From Ignavibacteriaceae bacterium (GTDB lineage Bacteria; Bacteroidota; Ignavibacteria; Ignavibacteriales; Ignavibacteriaceae), in contig DAIRCT010000005.1 in assembly GCA_036796535.1 (NCBI GenBank), forward strand, positions 574 to 64,573: a stretch of 64,000 nucleotides of DNA, in the 5' to 3' direction. The position numbers were made by a program, and so were the translations under genes. Shown here in pieces: positions 15,643 to 25,197 of this stretch. A model generated the notes under the pieces. That model was not told where the DNA came from, made no database searches, and was given only the letters and a program-made list of their open reading frames with translations. How positions within the stretch are numbered: position 1 is the stretch's first letter; every line of letters starts with the position of its first letter.

Positions 15643-17748
15643 ATGTCGAAGAAAAACACATCAATACAAAATAAATCGAAGGAGAAAACTTCGGTGAGAC
15701 CATCAAACGGAAAAAATATTTCTATCAAAGCTGGTAGTAAAGAGTTTTCAAAAGATGAATTGCTTAATGCTCTTAAGATGATGCTTCGTGCCAGGAATGC
15801 AGATAACAAAGCTATGAACCTATTAAGGCAGGGAAAAACATTTTTTCATATTGCGGCGGCCGGACACGAGGCAGCTCAACTTGCAATAGGTTTATCTTTA
15901 AATCCAAAAAAAGATTGGCTATTTCCTTACTACCGTGATTTAGGCACAGTATTAACTTCGGGCATAACTCCGGAAGAAGTTTTTCTTGGCACATTTGGCA
16001 AAGCAACTGATCCGGCAAGCGGTGGTAGGCAACTGCCTGTGCATTGGGGTTCAACAAGGATTAATATCCCTTCGCAGTCCTCGCCAACGGGCACACAATT
16101 TTTACAGGCAGTTGGAACAGCATTAGCATCTGTAAAACGAGGTGAAAGAAATATTTCCTATGTTAGCAGCGGTGAAGGTACAACTTCGCAAGGGGAATTT
16201 CACGAAGCCGTTAACTGGGCAAGTCGCGAAAAACTTCCGGTATTATTTGTAATTCAAAATAATAAATATGCAATCTCCGTTCCTGTATCTTCCCAAAGTG
16301 GTGGTAAAAATCATTCAATAGCTGAAATGATGGCTGGATACAGCACACTATACAGAATAAGAATCGATGGTACAGATTTTTTTCAATCATATGAAAAAAT
16401 TCAGGAGGCAATTGAATATATAAAATCTGGTAAAGGTCCTGCGTTAATAGAAGCTGATGTTGTAAGATTAGAATCACATTCATCGTCAGATGATCAAAAA
16501 AAATATCGTGATAAAAAAGAACTTGAAGAAGATTTAAAAAATGATCCGATTGAAAAATTTGCTCAGATATTAATTGCAAAAGAATTTCTTACTCAAAATG
16601 ATTTTGATGAGTTGAAGAAAACTATAATTGATGAGATCAACCAAGCTGCTGATAAAGCATTCAATGCACCTGATCCAAAAAGGGATGAAGCTGTAAAATT
16701 TGTTTTTGATGAGAGCGGTTTTAAAGAAAGTTTAGATTATGAATCTTCAACTCCATCCGGTAATAAAATCGTAATGGTTGATGCAATCAATCATGCTTTG
16801 CACGAAGAGATGGAGAAAAATCCTGATATGTATATCTTTGGCGAAGATATTGAAGATGCAAAAGGCGGAGTATTTACTGCTACAAAAGGTTTATCAACCA
16901 GATTTACAAAAAAAAGAGTTTTCAATTCGCCACTTGCAGAAGCCAGTATTATGGGTGTTGCCGTTGGAATGGCTTTGACAGGCATGAAACCGGTTGTTGA
17001 AATCCAATTCGGTGATTATATCTGGCCCGCATTTCAGCAGATGAAAAATGAAATGGCACCTATGAGATATCGCTCAAATAATGCTTGGGCTGCACCTGTT
17101 GTAACTCGTGTTGCCGTTGGCGGATATATTCATGGCGGACTTTGCCATAGCCAAAATATCGAAGCATTCTTTTCTCATATTCCGGGAATTTTAATTGCTT
17201 ATCCAAGCAACGCTGCCGATGCAAAAGGTTTATTAAAAACTGCATGCCGAATAAAAGATCCGGTTTTATTTTTAGAGCACAAAGGATTATACAGACAAAG
17301 TTTTGCAATTACACCCGAGCCGGATGAAAATTATCTTTTGCCATTTGGTAAAGCTAAAGTTGTTAAAGAAGGAACAGATGTTACTGTTGTTTCGTGGGGA
17401 GTTTCGCTGTGGGATTCAATGCTTGCTGCAAAAAAATTAGAGGATGAAAATTTTTCCGTAGAGGTAATTGATTTAAGAACGATAGTTCCTTTAGATGAAG
17501 AAACAATTTATAACTCTGTTAAGAAAACAAATAAAGTAATTATAATTCACGAAGACACTTTGTTCAGTGGTTTTGGGGCTGAGATAGCGGCGCGGATTGC
17601 AGATAAATGTTTTCAATTTTTGGATGCACCGGTAAAAAGAATTGCAGCCAAAGATGCGCATATACCATATTCGCCGATACTAGAAAATGAAGTACTGCCA
17701 AGTCGTGATGGAATTTATAAAGGAATAAAAGATTTATTAATGTATTAA
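15643..17748 (+). CDS. 2-oxoacid dehydrogenase E1 component, fused alpha/beta subunits (branched-chain/pyruvate type)
   Basis: 701 aa. The N-terminal half has a TPP-binding alpha pattern (SGEGTTSQGEFHEAVNWA...VIQNNKYAIS). The C-terminal half is beta-like (IFGEDIEDAKGGVFTATKGL...NSPLAEASIMGVAVGMA). Confidence 0.9.
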   Translation: MSKKNTSIQNKSKEKTSVRPSNGKNISIKAGSKEFSKDELLNALKMMLRARNADNKAMNLLRQGKTFFHIAAAGHEAAQLAIGLSLNPKKDWLFPYYRDLGTVLTSGITPEEVFLGTFGKATDPASGGRQLPVHWGSTRINIPSQSSPTGTQFLQAVGTALASVKRGERNISYVSSGEGTTSQGEFHEAVNWASREKLPVLFVIQNNKYAISVPVSSQSGGKNHSIAEMMAGYSTLYRIRIDGTDFFQSYEKIQEAIEYIKSGKGPALIEADVVRLESHSSSDDQKKYRDKKELEEDLKNDPIEKFAQILIAKEFLTQNDFDELKKTIIDEINQAADKAFNAPDPKRDEAVKFVFDESGFKESLDYESSTPSGNKIVMVDAINHALHEEMEKNPDMYIFGEDIEDAKGGVFTATKGLSTRFTKKRVFNSPLAEASIMGVAVGMALTGMKPVVEIQFGDYIWPAFQQMKNEMAPMRYRSNNAWAAPVVTRVAVGGYIHGGLCHSQNIEAFFSHIPGILIAYPSNAADAKGLLKTACRIKDPVLFLEHKGLYRQSFAITPEPDENYLLPFGKAKVVKEGTDVTVVSWGVSLWDSMLAAKKLEDENFSVEVIDLRTIVPLDEETIYNSVKKTNKVIIIHEDTLFSGFGAEIAARIADKCFQFLDAPVKRIAAKDAHIPYSPILENEVLPSRDGIYKGIKDLLMY

Positions 17749-17761
17749 TCTTCGTGTCTTA

Positions 17762-17825
17762 GTGACTTGGTGGCAGAAAGAAATATGCCACAAAAACTCT
17801 AAGTCACAAAGAAGCACAAAAGAAT
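17762..17825. repeat. Imperfect long hairpin repeat (GTGACTT..GTGGCA-loop-GCCAC..AAGTCAC)
   Basis: Lies in the 213-bp gap between the E1 and E2 genes. Followed by the direct repeat ATTCATTATTC at 17894-17904 and 17908-17918. Confidence 0.55.
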
Positions 17826-17961
17826 ATCGAACAGGGAATGACTATTTAAGGATATTGAAGTTTTTATTTATTTGATTTATCACCTAATTAAAAATTCATT
17901 ATTCGATATTCATTATTCAAATAAAAAGATTAACAAATAGTTTTATAGTATAGGAGATTAT

Positions 17962-19686
17962 ATGGATATCATAATGCCGAAAATGGGTGAGAGTGTTAGT
18001 GAAGGCACTATAATAAAGTGGCACAAAAAAGTTGGTGATGCGGTTAAACAAGATGAAATAATTTTTGAAATCAGTACTGATAAAGTGGATACAGAAATTC
18101 CAGCATCAACATCCGGCATTCTAACTGAGATTTTAGTTAATGAGGGTGAGACTGTGGAAGTAGGAACCGTTGTTGCAAGAATAAACGCATCAAATTCTTC
18201 AAGTAATGAAACTGTTATTTCCAAGTCCGCCGCGGCGGATTCGACTGAGAAATCTTTACAAACCGATGCGAATAAGATTTCTCTCCCGATAAATCGGGAT
18301 CGAAATGACAATGCTATAACTTCAAAATCAGAAACATCAATCAAACAAAATGTTAAAGGAAACATAATTGAAATTACAATGCCCAAAATGGGTGAATCTG
18401 TTATGGAAGGTACGATTATTAAATGGCATAAAAAGGTCGGAGATGCAGTAAAGAAAGATGAAACAATTTTTGAGATCAGTACTGATAAAGTTGATACGGA
18501 AATTCCTTCACCCGAAGCGGGCACTTTAGCAGAAATACTTGTTGGTGAACAGGAAACTGTAGCAGTTGGAACAATCGTTGCAAAGCTTGCTGTTGGAAGT
18601 GATGTTAAAGTTTCCCAACAAGACAAGCAGGAAAAGGTTCAAGAACAAGTTCAGGTTCAGGTAGAAAAATCTATGCACGATAATTTTAACAGAAGTATTG
18701 ATCTGAATTCTTCAGAGAAGGGAAGTGGTTCAGGTTTTTATTCACCTTTGGTTTTAAGTATCGCACAAAAAGAAAATATAAGTTTTGAGGAATTACAATC
18801 AATCGAAGGAAGCGGATTGGAAGGAAGAGTTACTAAGAAAGATATTCTTGCTTATATAGAAAAAAGAAAAGACGTAAAAGTACAAGCTTCTGAAGCCGGA
18901 CAAGCTCAAGTTAAGAAAGAAGTTATATCTGCAACACCGGCATCGGCTTTTGTTCCATCCACATCTCAGACTGTTTATAATGAAGCAGATGTTGAAAAAA
19001 TTCCAATGGATAATATCCGTCAGAGAATTATGGATCATATGGTGCTTAGTCGTGATACTTCGGTTCACGTTACAGAACTGATTGAGGTTGATATGACAAG
19101 AATTCATAATTTTATTTCTGCAAAGAAAGATGAAATTATGAAAAATGAAAATGCTAAGTTAACTTATATGGCATTCATCGCTGATGCAGTTGTGAAAGCA
19201 TTAAAAAAATATCCGCTTGTAAATTCTAGTATCGATGGGAGTACAATACTTCAAAAGAAATTTATAAATCTTGGTATTGCTGTTGCTATTGAACCAAGTG
19301 GTTTAATTGTTCCAAACATTAAAGGGGCAGGGGATAGAAATGTAATCGGTCTTGCAAAAGCAATTGCCGATCTTGCAAATCGTTCACGAACAAAAAAACT
19401 TACTCCGGATGATATTAGTAACGGAACATTTACAATTACAAATTATGGTGTATTCGGAACTATATTTGGGACACCAATAATTAATCAACCTGAAGTTGCA
19501 ATACTTGGAGTTGGAGCAGTACAGAAGAAACCCGTAGTGATTGAAGTGGATGGCTCCGATACATTTGCAGTAAGACACATTATGGCATTAACACTTTCAC
19601 ACGATCATCGTTTGGTTGATGGTATGCTTGGTGGATTGTTTTTAAAGAGTATTAAAGAAACTTTAGAAAATTTTGAAGGAATATAG
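17962..19686 (+). CDS. Dihydrolipoamide acyltransferase (E2) with two N-terminal lipoyl domains
   Basis: 574 aa. AGGAG lies 5 nt upstream of the ATG. Two lipoyl domains each carry EISTDKVDTEIP. Subunit-binding region SPLVLSIAQKENISFEELQSIEGSGLEGRVTKKDI. Catalytic LSHDHRLVDG. Confidence 0.95.
   Translation: MDIIMPKMGESVSEGTIIKWHKKVGDAVKQDEIIFEISTDKVDTEIPASTSGILTEILVNEGETVEVGTVVARINASNSSSNETVISKSAAADSTEKSLQTDANKISLPINRDRNDNAITSKSETSIKQNVKGNIIEITMPKMGESVMEGTIIKWHKKVGDAVKKDETIFEISTDKVDTEIPSPEAGTLAEILVGEQETVAVGTIVAKLAVGSDVKVSQQDKQEKVQEQVQVQVEKSMHDNFNRSIDLNSSEKGSGSGFYSPLVLSIAQKENISFEELQSIEGSGLEGRVTKKDILAYIEKRKDVKVQASEAGQAQVKKEVISATPASAFVPSTSQTVYNEADVEKIPMDNIRQRIMDHMVLSRDTSVHVTELIEVDMTRIHNFISAKKDEIMKNENAKLTYMAFIADAVVKALKKYPLVNSSIDGSTILQKKFINLGIAVAIEPSGLIVPNIKGAGDRNVIGLAKAIADLANRSRTKKLTPDDISNGTFTITNYGVFGTIFGTPIINQPEVAILGVGAVQKKPVVIEVDGSDTFAVRHIMALTLSHDHRLVDGMLGGLFLKSIKETLENFEGI
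18213..18310. repeat. Copy of the modular multi-palindromic repeat element embedded in frame in the E2 inter-lipoyl-domain linker
   Basis: Module-by-module match to 14823-14918: TCCGCCGCGGCGGA (18226-18239), GAGAAATCT-N19-AGATTTCTC (18247-18283), identical TCCCGATAAATCGGGA (18284-18299), TCGAAATGACA (18300-18310). The degenerate left arm TGTTATTTCCA (18213-18223) pairs with the right arm. Confidence 0.85.
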
Positions 19687-19693
19687 AATAAAA

Positions 19694-19752
19694 ATCGTAG
19701 AACAGACTTTAGTCTGTTAATTGCTCAGAATGAATTCTGAACTACGAGAATA
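19694..19752. repeat. REP-like double hairpin related to the 1973-2212 tandem unit
   Basis: cgtagaaCAGACtttaGTCTGtt plus tCAGAAtgaaTTCTGaactacgagaat. Same hairpin cores and the same CTACGA(A/G)AAT tail as the tandem repeat. Lies just after the E2 stop. Confidence 0.75.
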
Positions 19753-19775
19753 TCTGATTAAGTTTGGAAAGATTT

Positions 19776-20693
19776 ATGATAAATCAACATCAACGCGCAT
19801 TTAAAGAAGAAGCTGAAAAAGCAAATAAAGATTTAGGCAAAAGACCTGATTGGCTTAAAGTAAGGTTACCAATCGGAGAAAATTACTCCGATGTAAAAAA
19901 TCTTATGCGCAGACAAAAACTTAATACTGTTTGCGAAGAAGCTAAATGTCCAAATATTTCAGAATGCTGGAACCATCGTACTGCAACATTTATGATTCTT
20001 GGCGATACCTGCACACGAAGCTGCGGTTTTTGCAATATCAAAGTCGGAATACCAAATGAACTTGATGTTGAAGAACCAAAACGTGTTGTTGAATCTGTAG
20101 TGGAATTAAATCTTCGTCACGTTGTAATTACTTCTGTAAACAGAGACGAGTTGAAAGATGGCGGCTCCACAATATTTAAAGAATGTGTTAGATTGATTCG
20201 TGAACAAAAACCTGATTGCACGGTTGAAATTCTAATTCCTGATTTTAAAGGTGATGAAGAAGCATTTAAAATTATAATGCAAAATCCACCTGACATCTTG
20301 AACCACAATATGGAAACTGTTTCAAGACTTTATCATGCTGTTCGTCCACAGGCAAAATATGAAAGAAGTCTTGAACTTATTAGATGGTTTAAATCAAAAG
20401 GACTAAAAACAAAAAGCGGAATAATGGTAGGAATAGGTGAGAAGCCAGAGGAAGTTATAGATTTGATGAAAGATTTAGTCTCCCACGGTTGTGATATTTT
20501 AACAATCGGACAATATCTGCAGCCAACAAAAGAGCATTTACCTGTCGATCGTTTTGTTACTCCTGATGAATTTAAAATGTACAAAGAAGAAGGTTTAAAG
20601 ATTGGTTTTAAGATTGTAGAATCATCTCCACTTGTTCGTAGTTCTTATCATGCCGATGAACACGCAAGAGCAATTTTCAATCAAAAGTTATGA
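19776..20693 (+). CDS. lipA: Lipoyl synthase (radical SAM)
   Basis: CEEAKCPNISECW auxiliary-cluster motif and CTRSCGFCNI radical-SAM motif. ATG at 19776; the ORF-track TTG is at 19764. Confidence 0.95.
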   Translation: MINQHQRAFKEEAEKANKDLGKRPDWLKVRLPIGENYSDVKNLMRRQKLNTVCEEAKCPNISECWNHRTATFMILGDTCTRSCGFCNIKVGIPNELDVEEPKRVVESVVELNLRHVVITSVNRDELKDGGSTIFKECVRLIREQKPDCTVEILIPDFKGDEEAFKIIMQNPPDILNHNMETVSRLYHAVRPQAKYERSLELIRWFKSKGLKTKSGIMVGIGEKPEEVIDLMKDLVSHGCDILTIGQYLQPTKEHLPVDRFVTPDEFKMYKEEGLKIGFKIVESSPLVRSSYHADEHARAIFNQKL

Positions 20694-20792
20694 TAATATT
20701 AATTATCTAAAAAAGTGTTTAATGTTTAGTGAATTATTCCTATTTTTATCACGCAAAAATCAAAAAAGTTTTTATCGAAATAATTATACATA

Positions 20793-22913
20793 ATGAAATT
20801 TAACTCTTTCTTATTTATCCTGCTTCTACAAATCACTTTTTCAAATTTCTTACTTGCACAAGAAAATCAGTACGTCTTACCAAAAATTTCAGTTGATCAA
20901 AGCAGATATACAAATATCGGAAATATTGGTTTTTCTGTAACTAATTTTGGAATGTACGGAAGCGGTTGGGTAAATTGGCCTAACGTTCCTTCTTGCGAGT
21001 ATCCAATCGGCAGCGGAATTGAACATCTTTTTGCCGGTGGACTTTGGGTTGGTGGTTTTACTAAAGATAATTTAAATAGTACAAATAAAAACGGTCCTTT
21101 CGTTTCAACTGGTGCAATTGATGCTTCATCAATTAGTTCCAGCAGAGGTGGTGGATTTGAATTTACAAATTCGACTGAGGACAAAATAATTGAAAGATCC
21201 AGTTTACTTGACTCAAGATATTATAATCCTAATGCAATTTCGCATCAGGATTTTTTAATGGATTTTGCCGATACTAATGTCAGATATTTAAATGGGCAAG
21301 TTATTCCTGAACACGTTCCATTGGGAATTGCAGTTCATCAGGAAACATATGCATGGAATTTTCCGTTTGCAGATTATTTTGTGATTTTAAATTACACTAT
21401 AAAAAATGTTTCTAAAAAATATCTTGATAGTGTTTATGTCGGTTTATGGACTGATGCAGTCGTAAGAAATACAAAACTAACCGGCAGACCGTCAGGTTCG
21501 GCTTTTTATACTCACGGTGGTGATGGTTATTTTGATTCTTTAAACTTAGCATACGAATTTGATGTTGATGGAGATCCCGGTTTTACAGATAGCTATATTG
21601 GTATCACATATCTCGGTTCTACACCTGAGATAAATAATTCATTTGTTATTAATCAGAATGAAATTTTGCCGGCTACTAATTTTAATTCCTGGACACATAA
21701 CAATACCACAGATGCAAACTTTTTTGCGCCACAAGATGATATTTCAAGATATCATAAAATGCAGGGATACTTTGGAAGCACAAATCGTTACGGCGATGGG
21801 ATTGATCCCAATACATTAAAACAAGCTTCCAATAGATCAATTACATTAACTCGTGGTTATTATAAAAATATTGCACCCGGTGATTCCATAAACGTTGTCT
21901 TTGCAGTTGTTTGTGCAAAGAAATTTGGTAATGATCCCGCTGCACTTGATTTACCAATTCAGCGTGCAACATTATACAGTAATGTTGATTGGGCTTTAAG
22001 AGCTTATTATGGAAATGATAGAAACAGAAACGGTATCATTGAACCTATTGAAGATATTTTTGGAGATGGCAAGATTCACCGATATATTCTTCCTGCGCCG
22101 CCAACATCACCCGTTGTTAAAGTTATTCCTGAAAATAATAAAGCGACAATCTATTGGGATAAAAGAGCTGAGTCTTCCATTGATCCAATTTCAGGACTTA
22201 AAGATTTTGCCGGATATAGAGTTTATCGAACACAAACCGGATTTGATCTTACAGATAAACAGGATATTCTTAAGTCATTGGTTTTAATGACACAGTTGGA
22301 CACTGCCGGCACTACTGGATTTAATACAGGATTTAGTATTGCAGAACTTAAGGAGCCGGTTACCTTTCCAAATGACACTACTAAATATTACTACAAAATT
22401 GAAGTCCCTAATCTCTTAAATGGTTGGCAGTATTTATTTACTGTAACTGCATTTGATAAAGGTGATTTAGTAAATAATCTGGAACCTCTTGAGTCGAGTC
22501 TCCTGGCAAATATTAAAAGAATTATTCCGGGAACACCTCCCGATGAAAATGAAGATACCGAAGTTGGTGTTTATCCAAATCCGTACTACGGAACAGCTTT
22601 ATGGGATGGAAGTTCCGAACGATTAAGAAAAATTTATTTTTATAATCTTCCCGCTGAATGTGAAATTACTATTTATACTTTAGCCGGCGATATTGTAAAA
22701 AAAATGGAACATAGTTCATCACAGAATGGAAGTAATATCCGATGGTTTGAACAATATGCCAGTGATGGTAAACAGCAATTTGCCGGTGGTGAGCATGCTT
22801 GGGATCTTATCACTGATAATGATCAAGCTATTGCCACGGGTTTATATTTATTTACTGTTAAAAACAGTAAAACCGGTAATATTAAAACGGGAAAGTTTTT
22901 AGTAATTAAATAA
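20793..22913 (+). CDS. Secreted protein of unknown function with FN3-like segment and T9SS-type C-terminal sorting domain
   Basis: 706 aa. Signal peptide ends LLAQ. The C-terminal ~110 aa (VGVYPNPYYG...GLYLFTVKNSKTGNIKTGKFLVIK) resemble a Por/T9SS CTD. Confidence 0.6.
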   Translation: MKFNSFLFILLLQITFSNFLLAQENQYVLPKISVDQSRYTNIGNIGFSVTNFGMYGSGWVNWPNVPSCEYPIGSGIEHLFAGGLWVGGFTKDNLNSTNKNGPFVSTGAIDASSISSSRGGGFEFTNSTEDKIIERSSLLDSRYYNPNAISHQDFLMDFADTNVRYLNGQVIPEHVPLGIAVHQETYAWNFPFADYFVILNYTIKNVSKKYLDSVYVGLWTDAVVRNTKLTGRPSGSAFYTHGGDGYFDSLNLAYEFDVDGDPGFTDSYIGITYLGSTPEINNSFVINQNEILPATNFNSWTHNNTTDANFFAPQDDISRYHKMQGYFGSTNRYGDGIDPNTLKQASNRSITLTRGYYKNIAPGDSINVVFAVVCAKKFGNDPAALDLPIQRATLYSNVDWALRAYYGNDRNRNGIIEPIEDIFGDGKIHRYILPAPPTSPVVKVIPENNKATIYWDKRAESSIDPISGLKDFAGYRVYRTQTGFDLTDKQDILKSLVLMTQLDTAGTTGFNTGFSIAELKEPVTFPNDTTKYYYKIEVPNLLNGWQYLFTVTAFDKGDLVNNLEPLESSLLANIKRIIPGTPPDENEDTEVGVYPNPYYGTALWDGSSERLRKIYFYNLPAECEITIYTLAGDIVKKMEHSSSQNGSNIRWFEQYASDGKQQFAGGEHAWDLITDNDQAIATGLYLFTVKNSKTGNIKTGKFLVIK

Positions 22914-22934
22914 TTCATATAAATGGAGCACAAT

Positions 22935-25166
22935 ATGAAAAACAAATTATTTTTCACTTCACTAATGGTATGGCTGCCGATTCTATTTTTTGTAATGTTT
23001 ACAAAAATTTCATTTGCACAAAAAACCTATCCTTTAGTGACATTGCATGATATTAATTATATCGCAGATTCTTTACTACCAAGTTTGCCCCCAACTCCAT
23101 TAGCTGGTGATACAGTGCGAGTAAGAGGAGTAGTTACTGTTCGAACTGTCGTTGGTTCTAATCAACCCGGGGTTGGAGATCGAAGACCTGTAATTTGGGC
23201 AGGTGCACGCTGGGCTTGTTATATCCAAGATAAAGATAATCCGGAATGGGGTGGAATCCAGATTTTGCAGAATGATACTACCAGTGCCGCTGCTCAACAA
23301 ACTTTAATTGATCTGGCTGATACTGCAACTGTATATGAATTTACTGGAATTGTAACACAATACTATACAACAACGGAATTAGTTCTCATTACAGCTCCAA
23401 GTCCGATTCCAATTGAAGAAATTGAAACTTTACCTAAAAGACCGGACCCTATTCAGCTAACACTTGACAGTTTGTTTTCCAGTCCAACAAAAGGTAATTA
23501 CTTTATGAGAAAATATCAGGGCGTATATGTTGAAATTAAAGCTGATGAAAATCATGATCTTATAACCTCAGATAGAGTTACTGGGACTTCTTCAACTTCC
23601 GGTAACTTTAAAATAAATGATGGCAATGGTAGATATGTTATGGCTTATGCACAATCAACATATTTTAAAATGAATTCAAATGGTATAAGACCAACTTATC
23701 AATCACCAGTAAATGGAACTTACTTATCATATATCCGCGGCGTTTTAACTATGAGATCTAATGCAACTGTTGGTGTAGATTATTGGATAGTGCCATTGTA
23801 TCCGGAAGATTTAGGCCCAGCACTCGTTACTCCACCTTCTGTAAGTAATGTTGTAAGAAACGTTGCATTAGTTACATCAAATCTTCCTGTAACAGTTAAA
23901 TGCTTAGCAAAAGGTGTTCAGGCAGGGATTAAAAGTGTAAAATTATTTTATAGAGTAAATCAGGGTGCGTTAGATTCCTTAGATATGACGAACACAATAG
24001 CGGATTCAATTTATTCCGCAACAATTCCCGGAGTTGCATTAGATTCCGCATTAGTTGATTATTATGTAAAAGCAACAGATCTAAATGGAACAAGCGTATT
24101 AAATCCGGCAAACATAAATACCAATAGATATTTTTATTTAGTATTAAACAGGCAGTTAACTATTCAGGATGTTCGCTACACACCATTTGTAAGTGCATAC
24201 AGCGCTTATAATAATTTTAGAGTTTCAAATATTGAAGGTGTTGTTATATCGGATACTTCTGATATACCGGGCAGCATAAACAGAGGCGGAACAAATCCAC
24301 CACGTATTTATATTCAAAACGTTGGTGGTCCCTGGAGCGGAATTTTATTAGGAACTATCGGTGCCAACTCTAATGCAATATTAAATCTGCATAGAGGTGA
24401 TCGTGTTTCAGTTTCAGGAACTGTTATGCTTGGTAGTCTTGGAACGAAGATTGACTCTATCACAAACATACAGGTTCTTTCTTCAAATAATACTTTGCCA
24501 GCACCGCAATTATTATCAACGAATGAAATTGGTGTAAATCTACAAGGTGCTTTAACCGCAGAAAAATGGAATGGCACTCTGGTTAAGTATCAAAATATTG
24601 TTATTGATAGTTTAAATGCTGATGGCACAAGTAATTTTGGTGAATCTTATGTAAATGATGGAACGCTGCCGCATACACGTCTTATCTGGTCTGATGGAAA
24701 CACACATTATCATAATGGATGGAATACATCTTTTATTTCTAAACCTAATTATATCTTCGTAGCAAAAGGGGATAGATTTGGTGAAGTTGTTGGAGTTCTT
24801 GGTTATACACACGCTTATTATAAATTAGCTCCCAGAAAAGATGATGATATAACAGGATACGTTTCGAATGTAGATGCTAACAAAGATAAAAATGGTATTC
24901 CTGATAAATTTGTTGTTGAACAGAATTATCCGAATCCATTTAATCCTTCCACAATAATTGCTTATTCTATTCCTCAGGAGGGATTTGTATCTGTAAAAAT
25001 TTACAACCTGCTTGGGCAGGAAGTTGCCACACTTGTAAATGATGTTCAATCACCGGGTAATTACAAAGTTAATTTTGACGCATCAAGACTTTCATCGGGA
25101 GTTTATTTCTATAGCGTTAAAAGTGATAACTTTTCTATAGTTAAAAAGATGATGCTGATGAAATAA
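22935..25166 (+). CDS. Secreted T9SS cargo protein with two OB-like 'GxxVxVxGVVT...YIQD' modules
   Basis: Signal peptide ends SFAQ. Modules GDTVRVRGVVTV...ACYIQD...FTGIVTQYYTTTEL and VSNIEGVVIS...IYIQN...GDRVSVSGTV. C-terminal NYPNPFNPSTIIAYS...GVYFYSVKSDNFSIVKKMMLMK is a T9SS CTD. Confidence 0.65.
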   Translation: MKNKLFFTSLMVWLPILFFVMFTKISFAQKTYPLVTLHDINYIADSLLPSLPPTPLAGDTVRVRGVVTVRTVVGSNQPGVGDRRPVIWAGARWACYIQDKDNPEWGGIQILQNDTTSAAAQQTLIDLADTATVYEFTGIVTQYYTTTELVLITAPSPIPIEEIETLPKRPDPIQLTLDSLFSSPTKGNYFMRKYQGVYVEIKADENHDLITSDRVTGTSSTSGNFKINDGNGRYVMAYAQSTYFKMNSNGIRPTYQSPVNGTYLSYIRGVLTMRSNATVGVDYWIVPLYPEDLGPALVTPPSVSNVVRNVALVTSNLPVTVKCLAKGVQAGIKSVKLFYRVNQGALDSLDMTNTIADSIYSATIPGVALDSALVDYYVKATDLNGTSVLNPANINTNRYFYLVLNRQLTIQDVRYTPFVSAYSAYNNFRVSNIEGVVISDTSDIPGSINRGGTNPPRIYIQNVGGPWSGILLGTIGANSNAILNLHRGDRVSVSGTVMLGSLGTKIDSITNIQVLSSNNTLPAPQLLSTNEIGVNLQGALTAEKWNGTLVKYQNIVIDSLNADGTSNFGESYVNDGTLPHTRLIWSDGNTHYHNGWNTSFISKPNYIFVAKGDRFGEVVGVLGYTHAYYKLAPRKDDDITGYVSNVDANKDKNGIPDKFVVEQNYPNPFNPSTIIAYSIPQEGFVSVKIYNLLGQEVATLVNDVQSPGNYKVNFDASRLSSGVYFYSVKSDNFSIVKKMMLMK

Positions 25167-25197
25167 GGTGTAAAGGGTTTATCTCAAGAGTAAATTT

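Noticed and set aside
17958-18626. 222-aa minus-strand ORF antisense to the E2 gene
   Set aside because: It lies entirely inside a CDS with unmistakable lipoyl-domain and E2 motifs on the plus strand. Its low-complexity Ser/Thr/Ile-rich translation mirrors the internal duplication. It has no SD or independent support.
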